Origin: Phormidesmis sp.
GTDB lineage: Bacteria > Cyanobacteriota > Cyanobacteriia > Leptolyngbyales > Leptolyngbyaceae
Direction: 5' to 3'
NCBI GenBank assembly: GCA_965248535.1
Contig: CBDFJR010000005.1
Location: 1,632,001 to 1,696,000, forward strand
DNA: 64,000 nt
Below, in pieces: positions 10,141 to 20,638 of this stretch. The notes below the pieces were generated by a model. It saw only the letters and a program-made list of their open reading frames with translations, searched no databases and had not been told where the DNA came from. A program made the translations under genes and the position numbers. How positions within the stretch are numbered: position 1 is the first letter of the stretch; each line of letters starts with the position of its first letter.

Positions 10141-10970
10141 AGGGCGAAGACGTTCAAACTTGCGGCTGGGAGAAACTCCAATCGATAGCGATAGAGGATT
10201 GCTGGAACACCACGAAGCCACGGGCGTTTCTCCGACGGGGCTTTAAAGTAGTCGGGGTCTTGCGGAGAGAGATAAACTGCCGTGATCTGATTGGCCTCGA
10301 TCGTAGCCCCGCGCTGGTAAGCAGTAGTCGTCGTTTCAACCTGGACATTGAGATAGGGCTGAGACGTGCCGCGAAAAACTCGGTGCTGAAAGATTTCTGT
10401 CGTAAAATGAATTGGTCAGAAACCTAGCAGTTGGGGTTTCGACGGCTCTCGCGTTGACGATCGAGACCAACTGACGATCGCCCCGCAGCAGCGTGATCTG
10501 CCGATTAGGAGAACTCGGATCGACTTTGACCGCCAGCACCGCCCGATCGCCCAGATAGGCCTTTGCTAGATTCAGGCCATTAAAAGCCCGATCGGCAACT
10601 ACTTCTGTCTCACCCGACTTGGATTGCAGCGCCTTTAAAGCTTTGGCGATCGCAGTCTTCGGACCACAGGTTGCCGCACAAACCTCACATCAAACCCGAT
10701 CGGCTGATTGAGATAGGCGCGGTTGCTCTCAAACCCTGGTGTGGTCAAATCTGGGGCAAAGGGTGCCACTAGGTCAACCAGCGTGCTCTTAACGTGCCAA
10801 GTTCCGGCTAACCACGCGGGATAGGCTAAATCTCCCTTGGCGGCTTGCACGGTGGGTTTGCTTTGCCAATCGGGAAAAGCGGCAACCCGATCGCTGAGGG
10901 TTTCTGCTTGAGCAGAGGCGCTTAAAAACAGCCACACGATCGTGAGCAGCAGTGAATAAATAAACTTCAT
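10137..10970 (-). pseudogene. frameshifted exported protein (DUF6816-like); pseudogene or sequencing indels
   Basis: one protein-like sequence split over several frames (..FDVRFV / VVADRAFNG / VETTTTAYQ..TAVYLSPQDPDYF..YRYRLEF). Confidence 0.7.
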
Positions 10971-10976
10971 AGGGTT

Positions 10977-12179
10977 CTAAATAACTGCCGCAGCTTTGAG
11001 CGCAAAAATCTTCTCAATCACATCAGCAACCACTTTATCGGGCGTGGATGCTCCCGACGTGATCCCAACCACGATTTTGCCCTTGGGCAGCCAAGCTTTG
11101 GCGATTTCTAACTCGCCGTGAAGCGGTTTGTGCTCAATGCCGTTTTCACTAATTCGCTCGGCGCTGTCGATGTGATAAGAGGGAATTTGGCGATCGACCG
11201 CGATCTCTTGTAGGTGCGTGGTGTTTGAAGAGTTATAGCCCCCAATCACGACCATGAGATCGAGTTTTTCATCTACTAAATCAAACATGGCATCTTGCCG
11301 TTCTTGGGTGGCATCGCAAATGGTGTTGAAGCTGAGAAAGCGCTGATTTAGCTGATCGGGGCCATATTTCCGCATCATCGTGCGCTCAAATAATTTGCCA
11401 ATCTGCTCAGTTTCGCCCTTGAGCATGGTGGTTTGATTGGCGATGCCGACTCGCTCTAGGTCACGATCGGGGTCAAAGCCTACCGATGTTGCTCGCTGAA
11501 ACTTAGTCAAAAACTCGTCGCGATCGCCGCCGTTGAGAATGTAATCGGCCACATATTCGGCTTCTCCCAGGTTTAAAACAATTAAATAAGTGCCCGCAAA
11601 CGAACTGGTGGCCACTGTTTCTTCATGTTTATATTGACCGTGAATTAGAGACGTGTGAGCAACTTTTTTATGTTTCTCGACGGTGTTCCAAACCTTGGAA
11701 ACCCACGGGCAGGTGGTATCTATAATTTTGCAGCCACGATCGTTGAGAATCTGCATTTCTTGAACGCTGGCCCCAAAAGCGGGCAAAATCACGACATCGC
11801 CCTGTCCCACCTCAGAGAAGTCTTTTTGGTTATTAATCAGCGAGATGAAATGCACGTTCATCTCTCGCAATCGCTGATTGACCGAAGGATTGTGAATAAT
11901 TTCATTGGTGATCCAAATCCGCTCGGTGGGAAAGTGTTGGCGAGTTTCATAAGCCATGGCGACGGCCCGCTCTACACCCCAACAAAACCCAAACGCCTCT
12001 GCCAAGCGAATCGTCACCTCGCCTCGCGTCAGGATGTAGTGACGATCGCGGATCTGCTGAATCAAATCGCTCTGATATTCAGACTCCATAACGCTGGCGA
12101 CTTCAGTCTCGTGGCCAAACCCCTTGCGGTGATAGTTTTCAGAACTGTTGAGCGATCGCTTAAATGCTTTGGTATCCAT
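10977..12179 (-). CDS. ispH: 4-hydroxy-3-methylbut-2-enyl diphosphate reductase
   Basis: [33 protein letters not shown]. Confidence 0.98.
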   Translation of the reverse strand: MDTKAFKRSLNSSENYHRKGFGHETEVASVMESEYQSDLIQQIRDRHYILTRGEVTIRLAEAFGFCWGVERAVAMAYETRQHFPTERIWITNEIIHNPSVNQRLREMNVHFISLINNQKDFSEVGQGDVVILPAFGASVQEMQILNDRGCKIIDTTCPWVSKVWNTVEKHKKVAHTSLIHGQYKHEETVATSSFAGTYLIVLNLGEAEYVADYILNGGDRDEFLTKFQRATSVGFDPDRDLERVGIANQTTMLKGETEQIGKLFERTMMRKYGPDQLNQRFLSFNTICDATQERQDAMFDLVDEKLDLMVVIGGYNSSNTTHLQEIAVDRQIPSYHIDSAERISENGIEHKPLHGELEIAKAWLPKGKIVVGITSGASTPDKVVADVIEKIFALKAAAVI

Positions 12180-12548
12180 CCCATCTCTTCCCTTAATTGC
12201 CGCTGGTGCATCGGACGTTTATATCTGTGATCATAGAGCGGTTGGGTGATCGAGATAGAAACCCTACCGGAGTGCATGATTAGGAAATCCTTTAAAAAGC
12301 TGAGGAGAATCGGAGACTTAGCAATACCTGCCAGCTAAAGCAGAAGAGACACTATTCTCGCAGCCAATCGAACAGTTCACCGATCGTAAGGTTGAAAACT
12401 TCGGAAAAGGCAGGCACTGGAAGGCGATCGCTGGAAGTTTCAAACACAGCGAGGGTGCGATCGCGGTGATAGAAGAAGCCCTGCAACGCAGCCAAACCGA
12501 CGATGAGGGGGCTGTGAATCGCTGGCTGTTGCAGCAGTTTCGCTAGAC

Positions 12549-12842
12549 TTAAAATTCAGCATACTGTAGCGGACTTGCCCCGACCCGTTTTGTAATTTGG
12601 GGATAGTTGACCTTCGGTGCGGTTCTGTAATCGCCACAACACCCACCTGATGCCACCAATCATCCCCAAAATCAAACCAATAGCCAAACATTTCCTCGAT
12701 CGCTAGACCCAACGATCCAATTTTGGTCTTGGCAACATCCCCCGCGATCGGGCTGCCAAAATCATCCTCTAAAGTCATGGCTAGCTCGTAGCGATCGGCA
12801 TCAGGATCATTGGGGCCGTCGCCTCGCAATTGGAATTCATGG
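12549..12842 (-). pseudogene. fragment of plasmid pRiA4b ORF-3-like (IS1096 TnpR-like) gene
   Basis: HEFQ...YWFDFGDDWWH motif; no N-terminus; frameshift before YPQITKRVGASPLQY. Confidence 0.65.
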
Positions 12843-13007
12843 CGACTTCTTCACTGGTCTCTTTGTGTCCTTGAACCACCTGTACCGCTCAAAGTTGGAG
12901 GGTCAACCGATAGTCAAAAGCCTCCAAAACCACCGAACTGATCGCCTGAAAAGGAACCCCAAACTTCAGATCTCTCTTGGAAGCCTGACTAGGCTTAAGT
13001 TTTAGAA

Positions 13008-13092
13008 CGGAGAGAGAGGGATTCGAACCCTCGTTAAGTTGCCCTAAACAGCATTTCCAGTGCTGCGCCTTCAACCACTCGGCCATCTCTCC
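13008..13092 (-). tRNA. tRNA-Ser(GGA)
   Basis: GGAGAGA acceptor stem, CAGCA-CTGGAAA-TGCTG anticodon arm, long variable arm, GGTTCGAATCC. Confidence 0.97.
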
Positions 13093-13182
13093 AAAACTGC
13101 GCTGTGTTCTCAGTCACAGGTCTTCTATAGTACCAGAATTGTCCCATACTGAAAAGAGAGCGCAAGAAATTTGGCGAATTGT

Positions 13183-13548
13183 ATGACTCATCACACCATC
13201 CGCGTTTATAACCGTCAAAAAAATACCTACCACAGCTTTCGGGTGCCTGACGATCGCTATATCCTCCACAGCGCCGAAAATCAGGGGGTTGAGTTGCCCT
13301 TCTCGTGCCGCAACGGGGCTTGCACGACCTGTGCCGTTCGAGTCCGATCGGGGGAACTCTATCAGCCAGAAGCGATCGGGCTATCGGTCGATTTGCAGCG
13401 CCAAGGCTATGCCCTGCTCTGCGTCAGCTATGCCCGATCGGACTTAGACGTTGAAACTCAAGACGAAGATGAAGTGTATGAGCTTCAGTTTGGACGCTAT
13501 TTTGGCAAAGGTCGAGTTAAACGGGGCTTGCCCCTCGACGAAGAATAA
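13183..13548 (+). CDS. 2Fe-2S ferredoxin with C-terminal extension (Fed2/FdC2-like)
   Basis: CRNGACTTC...C; ELQFGRYFG tail. Confidence 0.93.
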   Translation: MTHHTIRVYNRQKNTYHSFRVPDDRYILHSAENQGVELPFSCRNGACTTCAVRVRSGELYQPEAIGLSVDLQRQGYALLCVSYARSDLDVETQDEDEVYELQFGRYFGKGRVKRGLPLDEE

Positions 13549-13567
13549 AAGCAGGGTGCGATTAACC

Positions 13568-14089
13568 GTGAATCTCTGGAAAAGACTGCTGACGCTGATT
13601 GTTTTGCCGATTTTTCTCGGACTGTCGGGCTGTCAAGAGTCCAGCTTTTCGTCAGGAGAGGCGGTTTCAGTCCAACAGGTTTTGAGCGGTCAAGAATTGG
13701 AACTTGCCGGACTTTCTGGACAGCCAGAGATTACTGAACAGGTGCGACTGGCGGGAATCGCCGTGCCCAGTCTGACTCAAAAGCCCTGGGGAAACGCCGC
13801 TAAAACGCAGCTAGAGCAGATGATCAGCCATCAATCGGTGGTGCTAGAGTCCGGTGGACGAACTGCTCAAGGACAGCGATCAGTCTACGCCTGGGCTAAC
13901 GGCCGTCTGCTAAACGAGCAGCTAGTTGCTACCGGATACGCTCTGGTGACGGCTTCTAAAACTCTAAAATCTAGATACGACCTGCGCCTTAGTCGTGCCC
14001 AAGACCGCGCCCGAATTTTAGGATTGGGCATCTGGAATCCTCAAGAGCCACTGCGACAACCGCCCGGAGAGCCAGAAACTCGCGAGTGA
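13568..14089 (+). CDS. thermonuclease (SNase) family lipoprotein
   Basis: LSGC lipobox, VRLAGI, LLNEQLVATGYA, LGIW. Confidence 0.85.
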   Translation: MNLWKRLLTLIVLPIFLGLSGCQESSFSSGEAVSVQQVLSGQELELAGLSGQPEITEQVRLAGIAVPSLTQKPWGNAAKTQLEQMISHQSVVLESGGRTAQGQRSVYAWANGRLLNEQLVATGYALVTASKTLKSRYDLRLSRAQDRARILGLGIWNPQEPLRQPPGEPETRE

Positions 14090-14124
14090 GTGCTAAACTT
14101 TCCTCGTTTCCACTGCTTAAACTC

Positions 14125-14949
14125 ATGGCTTCTCATTCTCCTCAACAGCTTCAAATCTTTTTAGACATCGCCACCGAAGCGGTTTTGGCCGCCGGAGCCG
14201 TTTTGCAAACTCACTGGGGCAAACTCGAAGACATTCAAGAAAAAGGTCGCCCTGGCGATTTAGTCACTGAGGCAGACAAAGCCGCAGAAGCCGCCGTGAT
14301 CGAGGTTTTGCGCCGCCATGTGCCTGATCACCCCATTTTGGCCGAAGAGTCGGGATCGCTGGGTCGCTTGGATGGTGACTATCTCTGGGCAATCGATCCC
14401 CTGGATGGCACGACCAACTACGCCCATCAATATCCCTTTTTTGCTGTGTCTGTCGGGTTGCTCATTGATGGCGTTCCGCAGGTGGGGGCCGTGTTTAACC
14501 CGATTCATCAAGAGCTTTTTAGAGCCGCCAAAGGGTTAGGGGCAACCTGCAATCGGCGATCGATACGAGTCTCTCAAACGGCGGAACTGAGTAAAAGTCT
14601 TTTGGTGACGGGGTTTGCCTACGATCGCCACCAAACCACCGACACCAACTATGCCGAATTTGCCCATCTGACCCATCTGACTCAAGGCGTTCGGCGTGAC
14701 GGCGCGGCTGCTCTTGACTTGGCTTATGTGGCCTGTGGGCGATTTGATGGCTATTGGGAGCGCGGCTTGTCAATGTGGGATATGGCAGCCGGAATTGTGC
14801 TCGTTGAAGAAGCTGGGGGCAGGGTGAGTGCCTACGATCGTGCCCCCTTTAATCTGCAATCTGGGCGAATCTTAGCCACAAACTCTAAAATTCATCATCC
14901 TCTTAGTCAAGAGTTATTGCAGGTAAAGCCAGAAAATCCCATAAAATAA
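14125..14949 (+). CDS. inositol monophosphatase family protein (SuhB-like)
   Basis: DLVTEAD, WAIDPLDGTTNY, WDMAAG. Confidence 0.93.
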   Translation: MASHSPQQLQIFLDIATEAVLAAGAVLQTHWGKLEDIQEKGRPGDLVTEADKAAEAAVIEVLRRHVPDHPILAEESGSLGRLDGDYLWAIDPLDGTTNYAHQYPFFAVSVGLLIDGVPQVGAVFNPIHQELFRAAKGLGATCNRRSIRVSQTAELSKSLLVTGFAYDRHQTTDTNYAEFAHLTHLTQGVRRDGAAALDLAYVACGRFDGYWERGLSMWDMAAGIVLVEEAGGRVSAYDRAPFNLQSGRILATNSKIHHPLSQELLQVKPENPIK

Positions 14950-14993
14950 GCAGATACTGATCTATGAAGAGCTTACTCAGGTAGACCATCCCC

Positions 14994-15968
14994 ATGAGTT
15001 TTCAAATTGAACGGGGTCTGTTCATGCTAGATTTCTCCGACTATCACTCTATTTTGGGTGTGTCGGTTGAAGCAGACGTTAAAGAAATTCGTAAGAATTA
15101 TTTGAAAATTGCCCGCCGTCTGCACCCGGATAGCGGCGTACTGGAGAGTGAAAGCGATCGCCAACTGGCAGGTCAATTTCTCTCAAAAATGGTCAACCCT
15201 GCCTGGGAAAAGCTTTCTCAAGAGCGCAGTCGCACCGATCATGGGATCGTGCTCAAGCTCAAAGGGCAGGGAGCTATGCGAAACCAAACCCATACCCAAG
15301 TGTTGGGGAGTTTGGCCAAGCAACTGCTGACAGCTAATAATCTTGACCATTTTTATCGAACGGCTCTGCAAGACCTGTCCGATCGCCAATATCAGCATCT
15401 CGATCAAGTTTTAGAACTGATTGCCCAGATTAGTGAGCTAAATCTGGTCTACCTGGCCCGGAAAGAAGGCACGGGCGAGAGCACGATCGGGGAACCCAAA
15501 AAACCGCTCTACACGGCGGCAGCGACTGGCTCGACTTCTGCCCCTTCTAACTCGGCCCCTGCGGCTCCTTCCTCGGCCCATCAGCAGAGAGAGGAGCTGC
15601 TTGAGCAATATTATCGTCGGGCTGAAGGCTTTATGAAAAAAGGCAACTATGCCCAAGCTACTCTAGAACTGAGAGACGCACTGCAAATTGATCCCAACCA
15701 CTCTCGATGTCACAGCTTGATGGGCATGGTCTATTTGCAGCAAAAACAGGGGACGATGGCCAAGATTCATTTCAACAAGGCGCTGACCGTGAATCCAGAA
15801 GACGCGACCGCTCTAGAAGGCAAGAAATATTTAGAGCAACAGGCCAATAAAGCTGCTTCCCAGTCATCTGCCTCTCGGCCTGCTAATAATGCGAACAGCA
15901 AGCCCGATCGCAACAAGCCTGACGGTGGCGGACTGTTTGGCGGCTTATTTAGTGGAAAGAAAAAATAA
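14994..15968 (+). CDS. J-domain and TPR protein
   Basis: HPD motif in N-terminal J domain; C-terminal TPR repeats. Confidence 0.9.
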   Translation: MSFQIERGLFMLDFSDYHSILGVSVEADVKEIRKNYLKIARRLHPDSGVLESESDRQLAGQFLSKMVNPAWEKLSQERSRTDHGIVLKLKGQGAMRNQTHTQVLGSLAKQLLTANNLDHFYRTALQDLSDRQYQHLDQVLELIAQISELNLVYLARKEGTGESTIGEPKKPLYTAAATGSTSAPSNSAPAAPSSAHQQREELLEQYYRRAEGFMKKGNYAQATLELRDALQIDPNHSRCHSLMGMVYLQQKQGTMAKIHFNKALTVNPEDATALEGKKYLEQQANKAASQSSASRPANNANSKPDRNKPDGGGLFGGLFSGKKK

Positions 15969-17227
15969 TGGTTTACCAACCTCCAGCAGGGGCAAGAGAT
16001 TTATTGCCCTTAGATGTTGCTCAAAAATGCTGGATCGAAGATCGGCTCCAGCAGACGTTTCGGCGCTGGGGCTATCACCGCATCATCACTTCGACTTTAG
16101 AACGGCTCGACACCCTGATGGCGGGGGGCGCAATTCAGCGATCGACGGTGATTCAACTCAATAACTTAGACGATGAGGTGCTAGGGCTGCGACCAGAACT
16201 GACGGCCTCGATCGCCCGCACTGCCGTGACTCGCATGGCGGGTGCCACCTATCCCCAACGGCTTTACTACAACACTAATGTGTTTCGCCGCGCCCCAGAA
16301 GGCAGCCATAGCGGTCAACAGGAGTTTTATCAAGCTGGGGTCGAGCTTCTGGGCGGCGGTGGGCTGTTGGCTGATGCCGAGATTTTGCTGCTGCTGATTG
16401 ACTGTCTCGATCATTTAGGACTGGAACCCCTAAAAAGTGCTGCTGAAGCTTCTTGGAGCTTGATTTTAGGGGAAGCGGGCTTGACCCGATCGCTGCTCTC
16501 GGCCTTCCCGGTGCCTCTGCGTGATCAGGTTCGGTTGGCGATCGCTCGACTCGATCGCACAGGCTTAGATGCTTTGCCGTTGTCTCAAGACCTGCACGAT
16601 CGGGCGCTGCTGCTGCTCGATTTGCGAGGCAAACCCGCCGATGTGATTCAACGAGTCAGCCAGCTAGCGTTAGATGACAGCCAGCGAGAGTCGGTCAACA
16701 ATCTCAAATCACTGATCGAGTTGCTGCAAGAAAGTCTCGATTTGCGGCTAGGAGAGGGCGAGGGCGAGATCCCGATCGTGCTCGATCTGAGCCTGATTCG
16801 CACCTTTGACTACTACACGGGCATCGTGTTTGAGGTGGCTAGCAACACCCCATCGGGGCAAAAAGTGTTAGGGCAAGGCGGTCGCTATGACCAGCTTTTG
16901 GGGCTTTTTCATCCTCAAGGGCAGGCGATTCCTGGCATCGGCTTCTCGCTGCAAATTGAGCAACTGCACCAGATTTTGATCCCCACGGGGCAACTGCCTC
17001 ACAAGACCCCTGCTAGCGATTGGCTCGTGGTGTCAGAGACTTCGCAGACCCACGCGATCGCCTTTGCCCATGCCCAAAAGCTGCGAGAATCTGCCCAAGT
17101 TCAAGTCGAGCTAGATCTCAGTGGCACCCGCCGAGAAGACATCCGAAATTATGCCCGTCGTCGCGGCATTGCCCAAATTGTTTGGATGGATGGGGACGGC
17201 TCACCCGTGGATGAAATTCTGACTTAG
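15968..17227 (+). CDS. hisZ: ATP phosphoribosyltransferase regulatory subunit
   Basis: P-x-GARDLLP, LRPELT, EFYQAGVEL, DYYTG, GGRYD. Confidence 0.93.
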   Translation: MVYQPPAGARDLLPLDVAQKCWIEDRLQQTFRRWGYHRIITSTLERLDTLMAGGAIQRSTVIQLNNLDDEVLGLRPELTASIARTAVTRMAGATYPQRLYYNTNVFRRAPEGSHSGQQEFYQAGVELLGGGGLLADAEILLLLIDCLDHLGLEPLKSAAEASWSLILGEAGLTRSLLSAFPVPLRDQVRLAIARLDRTGLDALPLSQDLHDRALLLLDLRGKPADVIQRVSQLALDDSQRESVNNLKSLIELLQESLDLRLGEGEGEIPIVLDLSLIRTFDYYTGIVFEVASNTPSGQKVLGQGGRYDQLLGLFHPQGQAIPGIGFSLQIEQLHQILIPTGQLPHKTPASDWLVVSETSQTHAIAFAHAQKLRESAQVQVELDLSGTRREDIRNYARRRGIAQIVWMDGDGSPVDEILT

Positions 17228-17289
17228 CGATCATAGAAAGTGCTCTCAGTAAGGGCTTTCACTCAACTATTTTTAGTAGGAAAAAACTT

Positions 17290-17517
17290 GTGTCTCATAC
17301 GATCGTTACCAATGTCTGTGAAGGGGTCGCCGATTGCGTCGATGCCTGTCCAGTTGCCTGCATTCACGAAGGCCCCAGCAAAAACACCAAAGGCACCGAT
17401 TGGTATTGGATCGATTTCTCGACCTGCATCGACTGCGGAATTTGTCTGCAAGTCTGCCCGGTTGAGGGGGCGATCGTGCCCGAAGAACGCCCAGAGTTGC
17501 AAAACACCCCTCAATAA
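17290..17517 (+). CDS. bacterial-type dicluster Fe-S ferredoxin
   Basis: CEGVADCVDACP and CIDCGICLQVCP. Confidence 0.93.
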   Translation: MSHTIVTNVCEGVADCVDACPVACIHEGPSKNTKGTDWYWIDFSTCIDCGICLQVCPVEGAIVPEERPELQNTPQ

Positions 17518-17537
17518 CTTTCGTTTTTGACTAGACT

Positions 17538-18269
17538 ATGAATGATCTTGCCCCGCTCTTAGAAGTCGAAACGGTTCACGCTGGCTACATCAAAGACCTC
17601 AATATTTTGCAAGGGGTGAGCATGAAGGTCTATCCGGGGGAGTTAGTGGCGATCATTGGCCCCAACGGAGCCGGAAAATCGACCTTAGCTAAGGCGGTGT
17701 TTGGGTTGCTGACTCCCAATCAGGGCAAGATTAATTTTAAAGGTGAGAGCATTGCGGGGCTAAAGTCTGACCAGATTGTGCGGCGAGGGATGTGCTATGT
17801 GCCCCAGATCTCCAATGTCTTTCCGTCTCTGACCGTGGAAGAAAATCTAGAAATGGGCGCATTTGTGCGGGATGTCTTGCTACAGCCGCTCAAAGATGAG
17901 ATTTTTACTAAATTTCCTCGTCTGGCAGATCGTCGCCGTCAACGGGCCGGAACGCTTTCTGGCGGTGAGCGACAAATGTTAGCGATGGGCAAAGCGCTGA
18001 TGCTGCAACCCAGTTTGCTTTTATTGGATGAACCTTCGGCCGCGTTGTCTCCCCTTCTCGTCAACAGCGTCTTTGAGCAGATTAAACAGATCAACCAAAG
18101 CGGAACGGCGATCGTGCTCGTTGAGCAAAATGCCCGCAAAGCGCTAGAGATGGCCGATCGAGGCTATGTCTTAGAAGCGGGTCGCGATCGCTTTGAGGGT
18201 CGTGGGGCTGATTTGCTCGACAACCCCAAAGTCGCTGAACTCTATTTGGGAGCCGGAAAAGCGCATTAG
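17538..18269 (+). CDS. branched-chain/neutral amino acid ABC transporter ATP-binding protein (LivF/NatE-like)
   Basis: GPNGAGKST, LSGGERQMLA, LLLDEPS, VEQNA. Confidence 0.92.
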   Translation: MNDLAPLLEVETVHAGYIKDLNILQGVSMKVYPGELVAIIGPNGAGKSTLAKAVFGLLTPNQGKINFKGESIAGLKSDQIVRRGMCYVPQISNVFPSLTVEENLEMGAFVRDVLLQPLKDEIFTKFPRLADRRRQRAGTLSGGERQMLAMGKALMLQPSLLLLDEPSAALSPLLVNSVFEQIKQINQSGTAIVLVEQNARKALEMADRGYVLEAGRDRFEGRGADLLDNPKVAELYLGAGKAH

Positions 18270-18310
18270 AATCAGTTCGGTCAAAGCCCCACGAGCGCTC
18301 ATCAAAACGC

Positions 18311-18994
18311 CTACCCTCGCACTGCTTCTAGAATGCGGGAATAGTAAAAGCGGGTGCTCGTCATCGCCGATCGCTGAATCTTGAAGCCAGAACTCTCAAG
18401 CACTCGAACGACATCTGCTTCCCGGTGCTGATAGGCGCGAGTCGCCTTGCTAGGGCCAGGAAAAAATTCACCGATCTTCTTCAGAATCGTGAGCAAAAAG
18501 GTCTTAGGGGCAAAACTGAGAATCAGCCGATCGGTTGCCAAGCTAGACAAATTCTTAATCATGTCCATCGCCTGATCGCTGGGGTAGTGAATCAGCACAT
18601 CCAAACAAATAATCGTAGGGTAATTTCCGCTCAAGGTTTCTAAATCTTGAACCGAAAAATTGGGATTGTTAGGAAGCCCGATCGCCACCGCTCTTTCCTT
18701 CGCTTCCCCTACCATCTTTTCAGAAATATCACTAGCAAAAATCGTTGCCCCGGCTTGGGCTAGCGGAATGCTGAGACTGCCCACCCCACAGCCTGCATCA
18801 CAGATCGTTAGCTCAGAGAGATTGCCGTCGGCCTCAAGCCAAGCCAAGACCGTATCAACGGTTTGCTGATGCCCCGTGCGGATGTCTAGCTGAACTTTGT
18901 TAACGTCGCCATCGCCATAAATGCGCCGCCAGCGATCGAACCCCGTTGCATTAAAATAGTCCCGGACAACGGTTTTGTCATCGATTCCGTTCAT
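18311..18994 (-). CDS. chlM: Mg-protoporphyrin IX methyltransferase
   Basis: YFNATGFDRWRRIYG, CDAGCGVG, CLDVLIHYP, FPGPSKATRAY. Confidence 0.97.
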   Translation of the reverse strand: MNGIDDKTVVRDYFNATGFDRWRRIYGDGDVNKVQLDIRTGHQQTVDTVLAWLEADGNLSELTICDAGCGVGSLSIPLAQAGATIFASDISEKMVGEAKERAVAIGLPNNPNFSVQDLETLSGNYPTIICLDVLIHYPSDQAMDMIKNLSSLATDRLILSFAPKTFLLTILKKIGEFFPGPSKATRAYQHREADVVRVLESSGFKIQRSAMTSTRFYYSRILEAVRG

Positions 18995-19145
18995 AAAGCC
19001 TGTTTTTGTCTGATAGTCTCAACAGGTTTATCGTAGTCCCCGATCGTGCATTCAAAAGCAGAGAGGCTGAAATTTGTGATTGCACATCGCATACACCTCT
19101 TAATGCACAATGTGAGAATTACCTAGAAACGGTTAGGATTTCATG

Positions 19146-19332
19146 AAATTTTCGTATAGCTCAGACTGCTACAGCCTTTTGTCAGTTATCCTACGGGTAG
19201 GCAAAATCCCAAACGGTCACTAGTTAAACATCTCAACCCTGTTTAACTGAAAAGTGGTGGCTTTGTGAGGTTGTTTTGCTTTGACAAGTCAATCTGAGTA
19301 TCTTGGGGGCACCCACAAAGTGTCCCTTTTTT
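19146..19332 (+). ncRNA. probable 6S RNA (ssaA-like rod-shaped RNA)
   Basis: nested pairings GCTCAGA/TCTGAGT, TTGTCA/TGACAA, GCAAAA/TTTTGC, AGTTAAACA/TGTTTAACT, then terminator hairpin and T-run; TAGGAT -10 upstream; ~185 nt. Confidence 0.6.
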
Positions 19333-19460
19333 ATGAGCAGAGAGGGCTTTCATCGCCTCTGTAATAGACTCTCCACCAGTTTAAGCGAAGCCTCAAAGAG
19401 ATATTGACGGAGATCAGCCAGAATTCAATCTGGCACACAAAAAACTTGATTCACAAACGC

Positions 19461-20597
19461 TCATAATCGCTGCCAACTCAAGTCACCTGTATTATGTAGG
19501 TGCCATTGCAGCAGGTGTGCAGGCTGATGAAGATAGCTGTCTGATAGCGCGATCGCTCGTCTAGGGGCAGTAGTAGCTAGCGCGATCGCGGGTTCAACTT
19601 CACAGATGCCCCACTTCACCAGGTTTTGTGCCCCGACTAAAAGCGGTAGGGTCGTTCCGGCTAGCGTGTGGTCGAGCAGTCGAGCGGTGCCGTTTTGCAC
19701 GGTGATCTGTCGCGTGTCCCAGGGATAGGTGCCATCGGATAGCCCCAAGGGAGATAGGGCATCGCTGACCAAAAAGAGTCCGTGACCTTGACTAGCTCTC
19801 AGCACTAATTTCAGCATTAGGGGCGAAACGTGTTGACCATCGGCAATCAGCCCGCAATGAACGTTGGAATCTACGATCGCCGCTCCCAATAGCCCCGGTT
19901 CTCGGTGATGGAGGCTGGGCATGGCATTAAAGGCATGAGTGACGAGGGTGGCTCCTTGGGCAAACGCTGTCTGCGCTTGGGCTGCGGTTGCCTGAGAGTG
20001 ACCGAGACTGACGAGAATGCCAAGCGATCGTAGATAAGCGATCGCGGCTCCAGTGGGGTCAAGTTCGGGGGCGAGGGTGATGACTTTGACAATCGAGGCA
20101 TAATCGCCCAGAACGCGCTTGACTTGCTCAACCGTCAGAGGCAGCAGATAGTTGGCGGGGTGTGCGCCGCGCTTTTCGGCGTTGAGAAAGGGGCCTTCGA
20201 GATGGACTCCCAGGATTTGGGCAGTGTTTTTAGAAGGTTGAGTTAGGAATTGGGAAATCGTAGCCAGCGATCGCTGAATCTTTTCAACCGATGTGGTGAC
20301 GATCGTGGGCAAAAATCCATCAATGCCTTGACTCCAGAGAAATTGGCAGATTGCCTTTAATTTGTCGCCATTCTCGTGACTCAAGTCTGGAAACGCTAGA
20401 CCCAACGCACCGTTAATTTGTAGGTCAATGCCGCCGAGAGAAATCCAATCTCCTGAGACATCCAGAATAGGTAAATTCCTTTGGAGTCGAATGGACTGGG
20501 GAACAATTTCGCAAATCACACCGTTTTGGATGCAGATCTGCTGCAATCCCTGATAGCTAGGCACTTGAGCATTGAGAATCCACACGTCGTCGAGCAT
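19461..20597 (-). CDS. nagA: N-acetylglucosamine-6-phosphate deacetylase
   Basis: DLQING, HLEGPFL, RGAH, TLAPE, THAFNAM, DGQH. Confidence 0.95.
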   Translation of the reverse strand: MLDDVWILNAQVPSYQGLQQICIQNGVICEIVPQSIRLQRNLPILDVSGDWISLGGIDLQINGALGLAFPDLSHENGDKLKAICQFLWSQGIDGFLPTIVTTSVEKIQRSLATISQFLTQPSKNTAQILGVHLEGPFLNAEKRGAHPANYLLPLTVEQVKRVLGDYASIVKVITLAPELDPTGAAIAYLRSLGILVSLGHSQATAAQAQTAFAQGATLVTHAFNAMPSLHHREPGLLGAAIVDSNVHCGLIADGQHVSPLMLKLVLRASQGHGLFLVSDALSPLGLSDGTYPWDTRQITVQNGTARLLDHTLAGTTLPLLVGAQNLVKWGICEVEPAIALATTAPRRAIALSDSYLHQPAHLLQWHLHNTGDLSWQRL

Positions 20598-20638
20598 GAG
20601 CGATCGTCACCGAAATTACGTTTTCAATCCTGACACGG

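Noticed and set aside
12889..13086. 65-aa ORF MAEWLKAQHWKCC
   Set aside because: It is the tRNA-Ser sequence read as codons.
17263..17514. antisense ORF over the ferredoxin, and many similar shadow ORFs across the window
   Set aside because: They fully overlap well-supported genes on the other strand or frame and show no recognisable motifs.
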